Shown here piece by piece: positions 45,051 through 53,066 of a stretch of 64,000 nt of DNA. The stretch is from the IMG/VR virus record IMGVR_UViG_3300027667_000003, positions 7,606-71,605 of that record. One strand, given 5' to 3'. Made by a program: the position numbers and the translations under genes. The stretch is from a virus. The number at the start of each line of letters is the position of its first letter. Position 1 is the stretch's first letter. Below the pieces are notes generated by a model. That model was not told the DNA's origin and did no database searches. It saw only the letters and a program-made list of their open reading frames with translations.

Positions 45051-45310
45051 GCGATCCCATTCAAGACCGCATGCTTTGGGAATTTGATTGTGCAAAGTGG
45101 AGGGGGAAAGTGCTGAACGGGCCGGACGCTCATTATTGTTTCGATTGGGACGAGCTACCTGTAGATGCGACGACACCCGAATATGATTGTTGCACTTGTT
45201 TTCCCCATACTTTGAAAGGCCGAATCATCAATCGATTGTACATGATAGTTTTTAATTTCAAGGCTCATCGAGTACAAAAAGCAGCTGAGAGAGGAAAAGG
45301 TACCTTCTAA
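45047..45310 (+). CDS. hypothetical protein
   Basis: Overlapping gene string; Cys-rich. Confidence 0.6.
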   Translation: MSDPIQDRMLWEFDCAKWRGKVLNGPDAHYCFDWDELPVDATTPEYDCCTCFPHTLKGRIINRLYMIVFNFKAHRVQKAAERGKGTF

Positions 45311-45573
45311 TGAAAATCGTCTACAAGGATTTTGATGTAGATGCGCATCGAGAGAAGAGTATGGGCGGAGATACATTACTCTACTACTCGATCTTTAGAA
45401 AATCAGACGGTTACGAAGTCACTTCGGGCTTCAGTTACGGGACAGATAAGATTGTGGACTTTGTGGGCTATCTCAAGGATTGGGTGGACGATTTTATTGC
45501 AGATCCCCAGGCCTGGATGACCGACGAACGTATAACAATTGAAACTGAAGAGGAGGAAATACGTGAACTCTAA
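45310..45573 (+). CDS. hypothetical acidic protein
   Basis: TAATG overlap. Confidence 0.6.
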   Translation: MKIVYKDFDVDAHREKSMGGDTLLYYSIFRKSDGYEVTSGFSYGTDKIVDFVGYLKDWVDDFIADPQAWMTDERITIETEEEEIREL

Positions 45574-46315
45574 AGATTCACTGGGTGACAGGATGAAAAG
45601 TCAGTATGAAGATCGTTATCGTATTATGCTTCCTCGACGGACATATACAATAATTAGATTAGACGGCAAAAACTTTCATACCTTCACTCGCAATGCTGTA
45701 CGACCCTTCGACTTTGAATTTACAAAAGCCATGGACCGAACAGCCGAATATTTGGCTTCTGAGGCTCAGGGCTGTCAATTCGTCTACACCCAATCCGATG
45801 AGATCTCACTTTTGTTAACAGATTTTGAAACACCTCAAACAGCCGCTTGGTTTGACGGCAATCTTCAAAAAATAGTATCCGTAATTGCCGGCCTGTCGTC
45901 TGCAAAATTCGGGGAGATAGCGCGAAAATTTAGTTGGTTTCCAGATAGCGCTCCGTCTTTTGACGCCCGTGCCTTCATTATTCCTGATCCCGTAGAAGTA
46001 GAAAACTATTTTATTTGGCGACAAAAGGACGCTTCTCGAAATAGCATCAATCAAGTAGCGCAGCATTTCTTTCCTCATTCCGAATTACAGAACAAAAACA
46101 TTTCCAAAGTTCAAGAAATGCTTATACTTAAAAAAGGCTACAATTGGGATACGGATACACCCACAGGCCTTAGGAACGGAAGAGCAATCACATACTGGGG
46201 CCGATTAGGGGAATCTTGCCGTTGGCACGCCGATCCGGAAACACCCGAGTTCACCAAGAATCGAAGTTATCTTATATCTAAAATCCCCATACAGTGGGGT
46301 GGAGATCCTTTATGA
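45563..46315 (+). CDS. thg1: tRNA(His) guanylyltransferase / 3'-5' RNA polymerase (Thg1-like)
   Basis: GDRMK.YE, IRLDGKNFHTFT, YTQSDEISLL, FDGNLQK, FDAR, WRQKDASRNS; GAGGAGG RBS before GTG 45563. Confidence 0.93.
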   Translation: MNSKDSLGDRMKSQYEDRYRIMLPRRTYTIIRLDGKNFHTFTRNAVRPFDFEFTKAMDRTAEYLASEAQGCQFVYTQSDEISLLLTDFETPQTAAWFDGNLQKIVSVIAGLSSAKFGEIARKFSWFPDSAPSFDARAFIIPDPVEVENYFIWRQKDASRNSINQVAQHFFPHSELQNKNISKVQEMLILKKGYNWDTDTPTGLRNGRAITYWGRLGESCRWHADPETPEFTKNRSYLISKIPIQWGGDPL

Positions 46316-46530
46316 CAATAGATGAAATCAAGAAGTCGCAGGCTGACGTACGAGAAACATATCTCAGTCAAAACAATGTGGGACAGGAAGCTCGCGCTTC
46401 TTGCATCATAGCCGAGGCCGTTTACGAAGTGGCTTTGCAACTCGCTCTATTTAGAAAGAAGCAGAGACACAACAACGGCCTAAGTGATAACGCTAATGAA
46501 TTCATTGACAGTATACTTGGTGATGATTAG
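46312..46530 (+). CDS. hypothetical protein
   Basis: ATGA overlap with thg1. Confidence 0.6.
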   Translation: MTIDEIKKSQADVRETYLSQNNVGQEARASCIIAEAVYEVALQLALFRKKQRHNNGLSDNANEFIDSILGDD

Positions 46531-46742
46531 TGGATAACACACTCTCACTTACATCCGAGGCCTACGAAGAATTGAAAGCCAAGATTATAGCCGTAGGTTA
46601 TGGAAATTCTAGAATCAAGATGGAAGGCGACCGGGAATACCTGGACCTGGACAGCATAGGTTTAATACGCGGAGACGATAAAGATCTGAAATGTTATCTC
46701 GTGTATAAGGGCGGGATCGTGAAAACCGGGAGAACAGACTAA
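46530..46742 (+). CDS. hypothetical protein
   Basis: TAGTG and TAATG overlaps. Confidence 0.6.
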   Translation: MDNTLSLTSEAYEELKAKIIAVGYGNSRIKMEGDREYLDLDSIGLIRGDDKDLKCYLVYKGGIVKTGRTD

Positions 46743-46930
46743 TGGGTAAATGTGAAATTTGCCATACGGAAGAACAGGCAGAATTAACAACCTGCACTTA
46801 CTGCGGTCTAGAATTGTGCTATGACTGTTGCAACGATCACGAACCGGATTGCGACGATAGAGACGATAGAGACGATAGAGACGATAGAGACGATAGAGAC
46901 GATAGAGACGATAGGGACTCAGATGACTAA
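46742..46930 (+). CDS. small Cys-rich protein with a (Asp-Asp-Arg)7 tail
   Basis: CEIC, CTYC, CYDCC.H then DDR repeats. Confidence 0.7.
   Translation: MGKCEICHTEEQAELTTCTYCGLELCYDCCNDHEPDCDDRDDRDDRDDRDDRDDRDDRDSDD
46853..46915 (+). repeat. 9-bp tandem repeat GACGATAGA x7 (last unit GACGATAGG)
   Basis: Counted directly; in frame within the 46742 ORF. Confidence 0.95.
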
Positions 46931-47168
46931 AATAAGCGGACCGACCTGGATAACTTATTTCATTATGCAAAATATAACTAACAAGGATCGCCGGCTTGCC
47001 CACCCCACTTCTACCGATGAACGGCCTCCTTCCCGTAAATTCCGAGATCTCGAAGAAAGAATGCGATTGAAAAAGCTTCTGGCCCATGTGGAAAACCGAA
47101 TATCATTAGCTGAGTTCTCTAATACAACGACGGATAAAATAATACTTCGAAGGATTTTTGGTGAATAG
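46923..47168 (+). CDS. hypothetical protein
   Basis: ORF fills the gap between neighbours; start uncertain. Confidence 0.5.
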   Translation: MTKISGPTWITYFIMQNITNKDRRLAHPTSTDERPPSRKFRDLEERMRLKKLLAHVENRISLAEFSNTTTDKIILRRIFGE

Positions 47169-47544
47169 CGCCCGCAACCGCAGACCCGCAATTAGAGAAC
47201 GCGCCCGTTATGCTCGTATCCGCCGACTGAGCTTGGAACTTGAAAAGAATGGAATGCCCGAACCCAAGATCAAAAAGACTGGGCCGGCCACAATTGAAGG
47301 TCGTGTCTATCTCAACTATGACGATACTGAGGAGCGACATGTTTATACCAGTCTGTGGATTGAACTGCCTCTAAGCAATCTTACAGAAACGGTTCAGTCC
47401 ATGTACAAGAATGGATTCTGGGCTCCCCGGCCGCACAAGAATGAATTGATCTTTATACCACCCTACAAGATTTCTCAGATTGTTTTATCAACCGATATTC
47501 GAACGACAGAATTAGTTAATCCCGATTATTCAGTAGGAGGATAG
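47158..47544 (+). CDS. hypothetical protein
   Basis: 128-aa ORF in the gene string. Confidence 0.6.
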   Translation: MVNSARNRRPAIRERARYARIRRLSLELEKNGMPEPKIKKTGPATIEGRVYLNYDDTEERHVYTSLWIELPLSNLTETVQSMYKNGFWAPRPHKNELIFIPPYKISQIVLSTDIRTTELVNPDYSVGG

Positions 47545-47757
47545 ATGACAGATTGTGAAATTCGATATGGAATGCTTATAGCTCTTCGAACAAATAACAT
47601 TGAAGAAGCCCGGCGCTTACAAGGGTTGAGACACGACTTAATTGAAAATGAGGCTTTAGAACAACACAAACTCATTGAGTCTTCTTTCGAAAGATTATGG
47701 GAAGAAAAATCTAATACTTGGCTACCTCCATACCATAGTCCGAAGGCGGTCGAATGA
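47545..47757 (+). CDS. hypothetical protein
   Basis: AGGAGG RBS. Confidence 0.6.
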   Translation: MTDCEIRYGMLIALRTNNIEEARRLQGLRHDLIENEALEQHKLIESSFERLWEEKSNTWLPPYHSPKAVE

Positions 47758-48119
47758 GCTACATGCAATTTCAACAGAGATGCGAAGACTGTAAAAAGGA
47801 ATGGAACGCGGCTTTCGGAATTGTGGGCACAACCATTCTTGCTTCACCACCTGTTAAGTGTCCTCACTGTAAATCCGAAAAAATCTCTCGAATAGCCGAA
47901 GGTTGGAAAATTACTAAAGAAAATGAAAAAGAATTTGCAATCCGATTAGCAAACAAGATACTCGACCGTCCAAGCGGTGATCCCGATGATGATCTAGCCA
48001 CTCTGTCACGACAGTTTTTACGAGCACTTGAACTACGCACACCCAAATGCCCTAAATGTGGTAGCAAAAAATTACGCTGCGAAAACGGCTGTACCTGGGA
48101 GATTGAAAATGTTTCATAG
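47754..48119 (+). CDS. multi Zn-ribbon protein
   Basis: CEDC, CPHC, CPKC, CENGC. Confidence 0.7.
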   Translation: MSYMQFQQRCEDCKKEWNAAFGIVGTTILASPPVKCPHCKSEKISRIAEGWKITKENEKEFAIRLANKILDRPSGDPDDDLATLSRQFLRALELRTPKCPKCGSKKLRCENGCTWEIENVS

Positions 48120-48234
48120 TCGATGCCGCGGTCATCTGACTTGGAAAGAAGAACTTGGATGTGTAGTTGCCGCTCTCATGTTAACCGGAATCATTGTGGC
48201 TACGGCACATTGGCTAGCATACTTGGGATATTAA
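48109..48234 (+). CDS. small membrane peptide
   Basis: GGAG RBS; hydrophobic CVVAALMLTGIIVATAHWLAYLGY. Confidence 0.5.
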   Translation: MFHSRCRGHLTWKEELGCVVAALMLTGIIVATAHWLAYLGY

Positions 48235-48237
48235 GTA

Positions 48238-48267
48238 TTGACAAACGATCGGAATTAATGGTATGTT
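48238..48267 (+). promoter_or_regulatory. sigma70-like promoter directly ahead of tRNA-His
   Basis: TTGACA(48238-43), 18 nt, extended -10 TG-G-TATGTT(48262-67). Confidence 0.65.
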
Positions 48268-48273
48268 GATTCC

Positions 48274-48348
48274 GTGGCGGTGGCTCAACGGCTAGAGCAC
48301 GCGACTGTGGCTCGCGGTATGTGGGTTCGATTCCCACCCGTCACCCCA
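48274..48348 (+). tRNA. tRNA-His (GTG), C73, encoded CCA, C (not G) at position -1
   Basis: Acceptor GTGGCGG/CCGTCAC, D stem GCTC/GAGC, anticodon stem CGCGA/TCGCG with loop CTGTGGC, T arm GTGGG-TTCGATT-CCCAC; upstream bases are TTCC. Confidence 0.95.
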
Positions 48349-48362
48349 ACAAAGGAGATATC

Positions 48363-49269
48363 ATGAAAATTAAATACAAAGACTTTCGATTATCAACCGG
48401 CAGCCTCTCCCTCGTGGAACAATGTAACGAGATAATCGAAGACTACACCAGCCAGGGATTCATGCTGACTTTGCGGCAACTTTACTACCAACTGGTTTCC
48501 CGAGATATAATTCCCAACACCGAACGATCTTATAAACGTGTAGGCTCAATTATCAATGACGCTCGATTAGCCGGCCTCATAGATTGGAACGCCATAGAAG
48601 ACCGCACTCGTAATGTCCGTAGTCTTTCTCACTGGGATAGTCCGGCCGATATTGTGGAAACTGTCGCAAAGCAATTTCGAGTAGATATGTGGGTTGGTCA
48701 GACATACCGGCCTGAAGTTTGGATAGAAAAAGACGCTCTCGTGGGCGTAATTGAAGGCATCTGTCACCAATACGATGTGCCCTATTTCTCGTGCCGAGGA
48801 TACACATCCCAATCAGAAATGTGGGGCGCAAGTCAACGTATGATCGAACACGCCGAAGGGGGGGCAGGTTCCCTATATCCTGCATTTCGGGGATCACGAT
48901 CCCTCGGGTAAAGATATGTCTCGCGATATTACCGATCGATTGAATATGTTTATGGGCGACGGTGGACTGGAATTCAAACGAATGGCCCTCAACATGGATC
49001 AGATTAAGAAATATAATCCGCCACCCAATCCTGCAAAATTAACCGACGCTCGTTGTGCGGGATACATCCGAGAATTCGGAGACAGTTCTTGGGAATTAGA
49101 CGCTCTCGAACCTCGTGTAATTTCAAATTTAATTTCTAATGCTTTAGACAATTTAATTGATCAAGAAGTTTGGGATGAGCGAGCAGACGAGATTAAGAAG
49201 GGCCGGAAGACTCTTCAAACCATATCCGACAATTACGTTAAGGTAGAGAAGTTTTTAGCCAAAAAATAG
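48363..49269 (+). pseudogene. Topoisomerase VI subunit A-like (winged helix + Toprim) gene split by a +1 frameshift in a G7 run
   Basis: LTLRQLYYQLV and EVWIEKDAL in the first frame; the Toprim motif ILHFGDHDPSGKDM is in the +1 frame right after GGGGGGG at 48858-48864. Confidence 0.75.
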
Positions 49270-49301
49270 TGCTTGACATCCTTTCGAAATCATGAGACTA
49301 T
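49264..49301 (+). promoter_or_regulatory. phage promoter motif AAATAGTGCTTGACA upstream of the integrase
   Basis: Exact copy of 14388-14402; -10 element poorly defined; GGAGG RBS follows. Confidence 0.5.
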
Positions 49302-49318
49302 TGATTTCGGAGGTCATA

Positions 49319-50251
49319 ATGGAAATGGACGTAGCAACACAAGCCGACATCTATCTCATGAGTCTTCAGACTCGCAAGCGTGGCACCGCGAAGGCATCCA
49401 CATTGGCGGCTTATCAATCCTATCTGAAAAATTGGATCGTGCCCAACATCGGCAATCTGGATTTAGGTGAGGTCAAGAATGGCACCCTCAAAAAGCTCGT
49501 GACAACCATGGCCGACGCCGGCCTCAGCCCGGCAACGATCGCTGGGGTGACAAATTGTGTCAAGGGTATAATCAATTCGGCCGTAAGTGAAGAAGGGGAT
49601 TACCTTTATCCCGTCAAATGGAACCACGAATTCATCGATTCGCCGCCAGTTAACGCCCGCGATCAAGAGAGTCCCATGATTGGGCCTTTAGAGGTCCGTA
49701 CAGCCATTTTGGCGGTTTCGGGCCAGTACCGCCCACTTCTGGCTCTGCTGGCCGGGACTGGCTGCCGTATTAGCGAGGCTCTAGCAATAAAGAAAGGGCC
49801 TTGCCCCGATTCTTCCTATTGGGATCCCGCTCGGGCCATTGTGTCCATTAGCACACAGATTTACCGCGGCCAAGAACAGTCGCCCAAGACGGCCGCGGGT
49901 TTTCGCGAGATTGATCTGGCACCCTCTCTAAACGATTTTCTTACCTGCAACTTTAACCTTAAACCTGCAAGTGAACTTCTCTTCTGCGACGAAAACAAGG
50001 AACCCCTCACGCTATCCGCGGTGTACCGCGCAACCGCATCGGCCAATATTCCGGGCTTCCATTCCTTCCGTCGGTTCCGCACCACGCATCTGCGCTCCAT
50101 GCGCGTGCCTGAAGACATCATCCAATTTTGGATCGGCCACTCGGGGAAGAGCATCACCGATCGTTATAGCAAAATGGCTCAAAATATCGAGGAACGAAAA
50201 AAGTATGCAGTCGAAGCGGGGTTGGGTTTCGAGCTACCGGAGGCACAATGA
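49319..50251 (+). CDS. int: tyrosine recombinase / integrase
   Basis: GCRISEAL (R), FHSFRR (HxxR), IGH, DRY (catalytic Tyr); N-terminal SAM-like region. Confidence 0.88.
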   Translation: MEMDVATQADIYLMSLQTRKRGTAKASTLAAYQSYLKNWIVPNIGNLDLGEVKNGTLKKLVTTMADAGLSPATIAGVTNCVKGIINSAVSEEGDYLYPVKWNHEFIDSPPVNARDQESPMIGPLEVRTAILAVSGQYRPLLALLAGTGCRISEALAIKKGPCPDSSYWDPARAIVSISTQIYRGQEQSPKTAAGFREIDLAPSLNDFLTCNFNLKPASELLFCDENKEPLTLSAVYRATASANIPGFHSFRRFRTTHLRSMRVPEDIIQFWIGHSGKSITDRYSKMAQNIEERKKYAVEAGLGFELPEAQ

Positions 50252-50427
50252 CAAACGAAAAGTTACGAAGAATTCACAACATGTTAGTTGAGTACCGAGA
50301 ACAACTGGAAACTCGTCATAGAACAGAACCGCTAAAATCGCCCCCACTGTTTTTGTTAAATCAAGCTATTGAAGCGCTTCTACCGGCATTCGTATTTTCT
50401 AAAAAGAAAAAGAGGAGGATTAAATGA
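50248..50427 (+). CDS. small hypothetical protein (59 aa)
   Basis: Manual translation [21 protein letters not shown]...; ATGA overlaps on both sides. Confidence 0.55.
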   Translation: MTNEKLRRIHNMLVEYREQLETRHRTEPLKSPPLFLLNQAIEALLPAFVFSKKKKRRIK

Positions 50428-51047
50428 AGATAGATATTAAATCGAGGTGGAATTCAACAGTTTTATTTACAGCCGAAGCGGCGAGCGTATTGCTAGCTCT
50501 TCAAGCCGCAATTAAAAGCGGGGCGAATCTGCGCGGGGCGGATCTGCGCGGGGCGGATCTGCGCGGGGCGAATCTGCGCGGGGCGGATCTGCGCGGGGCG
50601 GATCTGTACGGGGCGAATCTGCGCGGGGCGAATCTGCGCGGGGCGGATCTGTACGGGGCGGATCTGTACGGGGCGAATCTGTACGGGGCGAATCTGCGCG
50701 GGGCGAAAAACAGCGAATTGGCTATCGCCCAAACAATTATTGCTCCCGAAGGACACATTGTAGGTTGGAAGAAATGTCAAAACAACGTAATTGTAAAACT
50801 ACTTATCCCCCAGGATGCGAAACGATCGAATGCCTCGGGCCGGAAGTGCCGAGCAAGTTACGCCAAAGTACTAAGAGTTTTCGGCGCGGAAGAAGGGATT
50901 TCAGTGTTCTCAGATACAAACACGCCGCCTCTTACTTACCGAAAAGGCGAGATTGTGAAGCCTTCTTCTTGGAATGAAGACCGTTGGGTAGAATGCAGCA
51001 GTGGAATCCATTTCTATCTTACTCGCGTTGAAGCGGAGAATAATTAG
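50424..51047 (+). CDS. pentapeptide-repeat protein with DUF5758-like C-terminal domain
   Basis: 12 x A(D/N)L(R/Y)G then IVGWKK...IVKLLIP...KCRAS...CSSGIHFY. Confidence 0.9.
   Translation: MKIDIKSRWNSTVLFTAEAASVLLALQAAIKSGANLRGADLRGADLRGANLRGADLRGADLYGANLRGANLRGADLYGADLYGANLYGANLRGAKNSELAIAQTIIAPEGHIVGWKKCQNNVIVKLLIPQDAKRSNASGRKCRASYAKVLRVFGAEEGISVFSDTNTPPLTYRKGEIVKPSSWNEDRWVECSSGIHFYLTRVEAENN
50520..50705 (+). repeat. 15-bp coding tandem repeat (pentapeptide repeats)
   Basis: GGGGCG(G/A)ATCTG(CG/TA)C units, no unique spacers. Confidence 0.95.
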
Positions 51048-51068
51048 AAATCAATAATGTGTTGATTT
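51048..51068. promoter_or_regulatory. inverted repeat AAATCAA-N7-TTGATTT (candidate operator or IHF-like site)
   Basis: Intergenic; near-identical geometry at 274-294. Confidence 0.3.
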
Positions 51069-51147
51069 TAGGAGGATTTATGTTACAAAAAATCTGGGTT
51101 TGGATAATGCCGCTCTTATGTTTTTGGCGGGATAGGATAAAAGAATA

Positions 51148-51354
51148 ATGACTCTCTCCAAAGAACAAGGGGAAGAAAAAGTCAAGTATGTAAGATGGCT
51201 TTGGATTTGGGGGCGAGATCTCCTAGAGCTTGCTCACAGACACCAGGCCTGGTATATCAAAGCTCTTGAGTTAGGATTTTCGATGGAAAAGATTTGGACG
51301 CAGTGGCCACATACCGATGAGGGCCGGCACATCGCCTACCGGAGAATCGGATAG
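51148..51354 (+). CDS. hypothetical protein
   Basis: 68-aa ORF in the gene string. Confidence 0.5.
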   Translation: MTLSKEQGEEKVKYVRWLWIWGRDLLELAHRHQAWYIKALELGFSMEKIWTQWPHTDEGRHIAYRRIG

Positions 51355-51424
51355 TACTTTCGTACCATTGACCCCCAGATGTTTTTATGAGAGGATTACA
51401 AAGATAAGCAATAAAGGAGGAATA

Positions 51425-51643
51425 ATGGATCCAATTAAAATTCGATCAATGGCAACCATGTTACGTAAGAAATTTGAAGGTCATACAGAAACCGTTCGAG
51501 AAATCGTCCGAGAAATGACCGATACCGAAATCGCGTCCCGCTATCTTTCACACGAGGCTGATAAACTCCACTACGCTCGTCTAGATGCGGCCGAACGCGT
51601 TCAACAAAACCTCTATGCCCGAGCGGTTGAAGCTCATAGTTAA
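51425..51643 (+). CDS. hypothetical protein, last gene of the + strand arm
   Basis: AAGGAGG RBS before ATG 51425; stop overlaps the stop of the converging gene. Confidence 0.65.
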   Translation: MDPIKIRSMATMLRKKFEGHTETVREIVREMTDTEIASRYLSHEADKLHYARLDAAERVQQNLYARAVEAHS

Positions 51644-52038
51644 ACACCCCAATCGGGACAACCAAATCGATGGGAATATCGACCACCGCAATGTATGCAA
51701 GGATCGGGGCAAGCAGAAACGCCCCCGTTTCCTTCCCCTTTTTCCTCAAAACCGAAATCCATGGGTTTTCCGTTTAGAAAAGCGTCGGCATATTTAGTAG
51801 CTCGAAGATGAGCCGTCGGTCCATAAAAAGCGACTCGCACACCCTCATCCGTTCTCACAAACCAAACGCCCTTCATATTATCAGATTCAGAAACCCAAAC
51901 TTTTTGATTAGCTTTAGGTTCGAGAGGTCGTTTCGGTTTGAATTCAGGACGTTTCAAAATGTGATCCGCACACTTTTTCTCGATCTCTTCCTTCCATTTC
52001 CGAAACTCTTCTGCGGACTTCTCAGATTGAACACTCAT
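51640..52038 (-). CDS. hypothetical protein with C-terminal Cys/His motif
   Basis: GGAGG RBS before ATG 52038; CPDPCIHC...HRFGC. Confidence 0.65.
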   Translation of the reverse strand: MSVQSEKSAEEFRKWKEEIEKKCADHILKRPEFKPKRPLEPKANQKVWVSESDNMKGVWFVRTDEGVRVAFYGPTAHLRATKYADAFLNGKPMDFGFEEKGEGNGGVSACPDPCIHCGGRYSHRFGCPDWGV

Positions 52039-52048
52039 TGGCCCTCCT

Positions 52049-52834
52049 TCAGAGTGGTTCGAAATCGTGCGTATATCTACTACCCGGATCCACATGAGAT
52101 AATATTTCTCGAAGTATTTGAATCCGCTCTTGAATTGTCTCACCCTTATTCATATGCGGTTCCAACCGGTTGTAGTATCTAAATCCTTGATGAACCGCCA
52201 CAGACGGCTCTGCACATAAGACACGACCTTTTATCGACCGTTGAACCTTTCGAATCAATCCGTCATCCAAAAATCCGTCCATTCCTATCATGGTCGGAAA
52301 ATGTTTATCCAAATAGCCTTGATTATTTGCAAAATATTCTGAATTGATATGAGACACAATCTGTTTGAGGGAAGATCGACGATAGCAGGTACCGGGATTG
52401 GAATAAAAATCCGAAGGCATCCGACCGTGACGGCGACCGCATGTAACAAAGTAAGGAGCAGATTCATGTGTCTCCCAATTCCAAGAAAAAAAGGACGGTC
52501 GGATCATCACATCCTCTTCGATCATAAAAATAAACTCGGCCCCGGTGTCGTAGCCGGCTTTAAGTGCATTAAGGATGTTCCAGCAACCCGAAAGAACAGT
52601 AATGTGCTCATTCGCGTGAAAGAGATCGGCCGTGGGCAAATAAGTATCCCGCACATACGCGATCTCTTCCACACGTTTATCATCGGTTCGATCGATGTAC
52701 AACCGAACATCTAATCTATTGGCTTGAGGAGTTTGACTAATTTTTTCTAAAGCTAGGGCTAGAAACTCCGGCCTCTTCAGACAGGGCATCACTACGACGC
52801 TCTTCTGCACGACGCTGTTCTCGTTCTTGATCAA
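52049..52834 (-). CDS. GT-A fold glycosyltransferase
   Basis: VVVMPCLKRPEFL, RLYID, FMIEEDVMI; GGAGG RBS 9 nt before TTG. Confidence 0.7.
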   Translation of the reverse strand: MIKNENSVVQKSVVVMPCLKRPEFLALALEKISQTPQANRLDVRLYIDRTDDKRVEEIAYVRDTYLPTADLFHANEHITVLSGCWNILNALKAGYDTGAEFIFMIEEDVMIRPSFFSWNWETHESAPYFVTCGRRHGRMPSDFYSNPGTCYRRSSLKQIVSHINSEYFANNQGYLDKHFPTMIGMDGFLDDGLIRKVQRSIKGRVLCAEPSVAVHQGFRYYNRLEPHMNKGETIQERIQILREILSHVDPGSRYTHDFEPL

Positions 52835-53045
52835 GATGTTCCGCCTCCGCGGCCTCTTTAGCCAACCGCTGAGCTTTTTGAGCGCGAGCTTCTTCTTCCT
52901 GAGCCGCTGCTCGTTCTAAAAATCCCTTAGAATCGAAATCCTTTACTGCATCTTGAAACTTCTCTTCTGTGATTCCCGGTTCCGAAGCTGGAAAAGCAGC
53001 TTTTGCGCCGCCTCGCGCCATTCTATCGCCGAATCCCTTACCCAT
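52737..53045 (-). CDS. charged coiled-coil hypothetical protein
   Basis: GGGAGG RBS; Ala/Glu/Arg-rich; overlaps the next gene by 98 nt. Confidence 0.6.
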   Translation of the reverse strand: MGKGFGDRMARGGAKAAFPASEPGITEEKFQDAVKDFDSKGFLERAAAQEEEARAQKAQRLAKEAAEAEHLDQEREQRRAEERRSDALSEEAGVSSPSFRKN

Positions 53046-53066
53046 TGTTGTGACCTCCCATTGATT

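Noticed and set aside
46853-46915. Possible CRISPR or iteron array
   Set aside because: 9-bp tandem repeat without spacers, in frame inside a small ORF
46662-47087. Minus-strand ORF with YRL repeats, and similar antisense ORFs at 50493-50780 and 50501-50758
   Set aside because: Open frames are a by-product of the tandem repeats on the coding strand
48321-48362. N-terminal extension of the ORF called at 48321
   Set aside because: It overlaps the tRNA-His T arm; the AAGGAG RBS supports ATG 48363
50520-50705. Possible CRISPR array
   Set aside because: 15-bp units are directly tandem with no unique spacers and encode in-frame pentapeptide repeats
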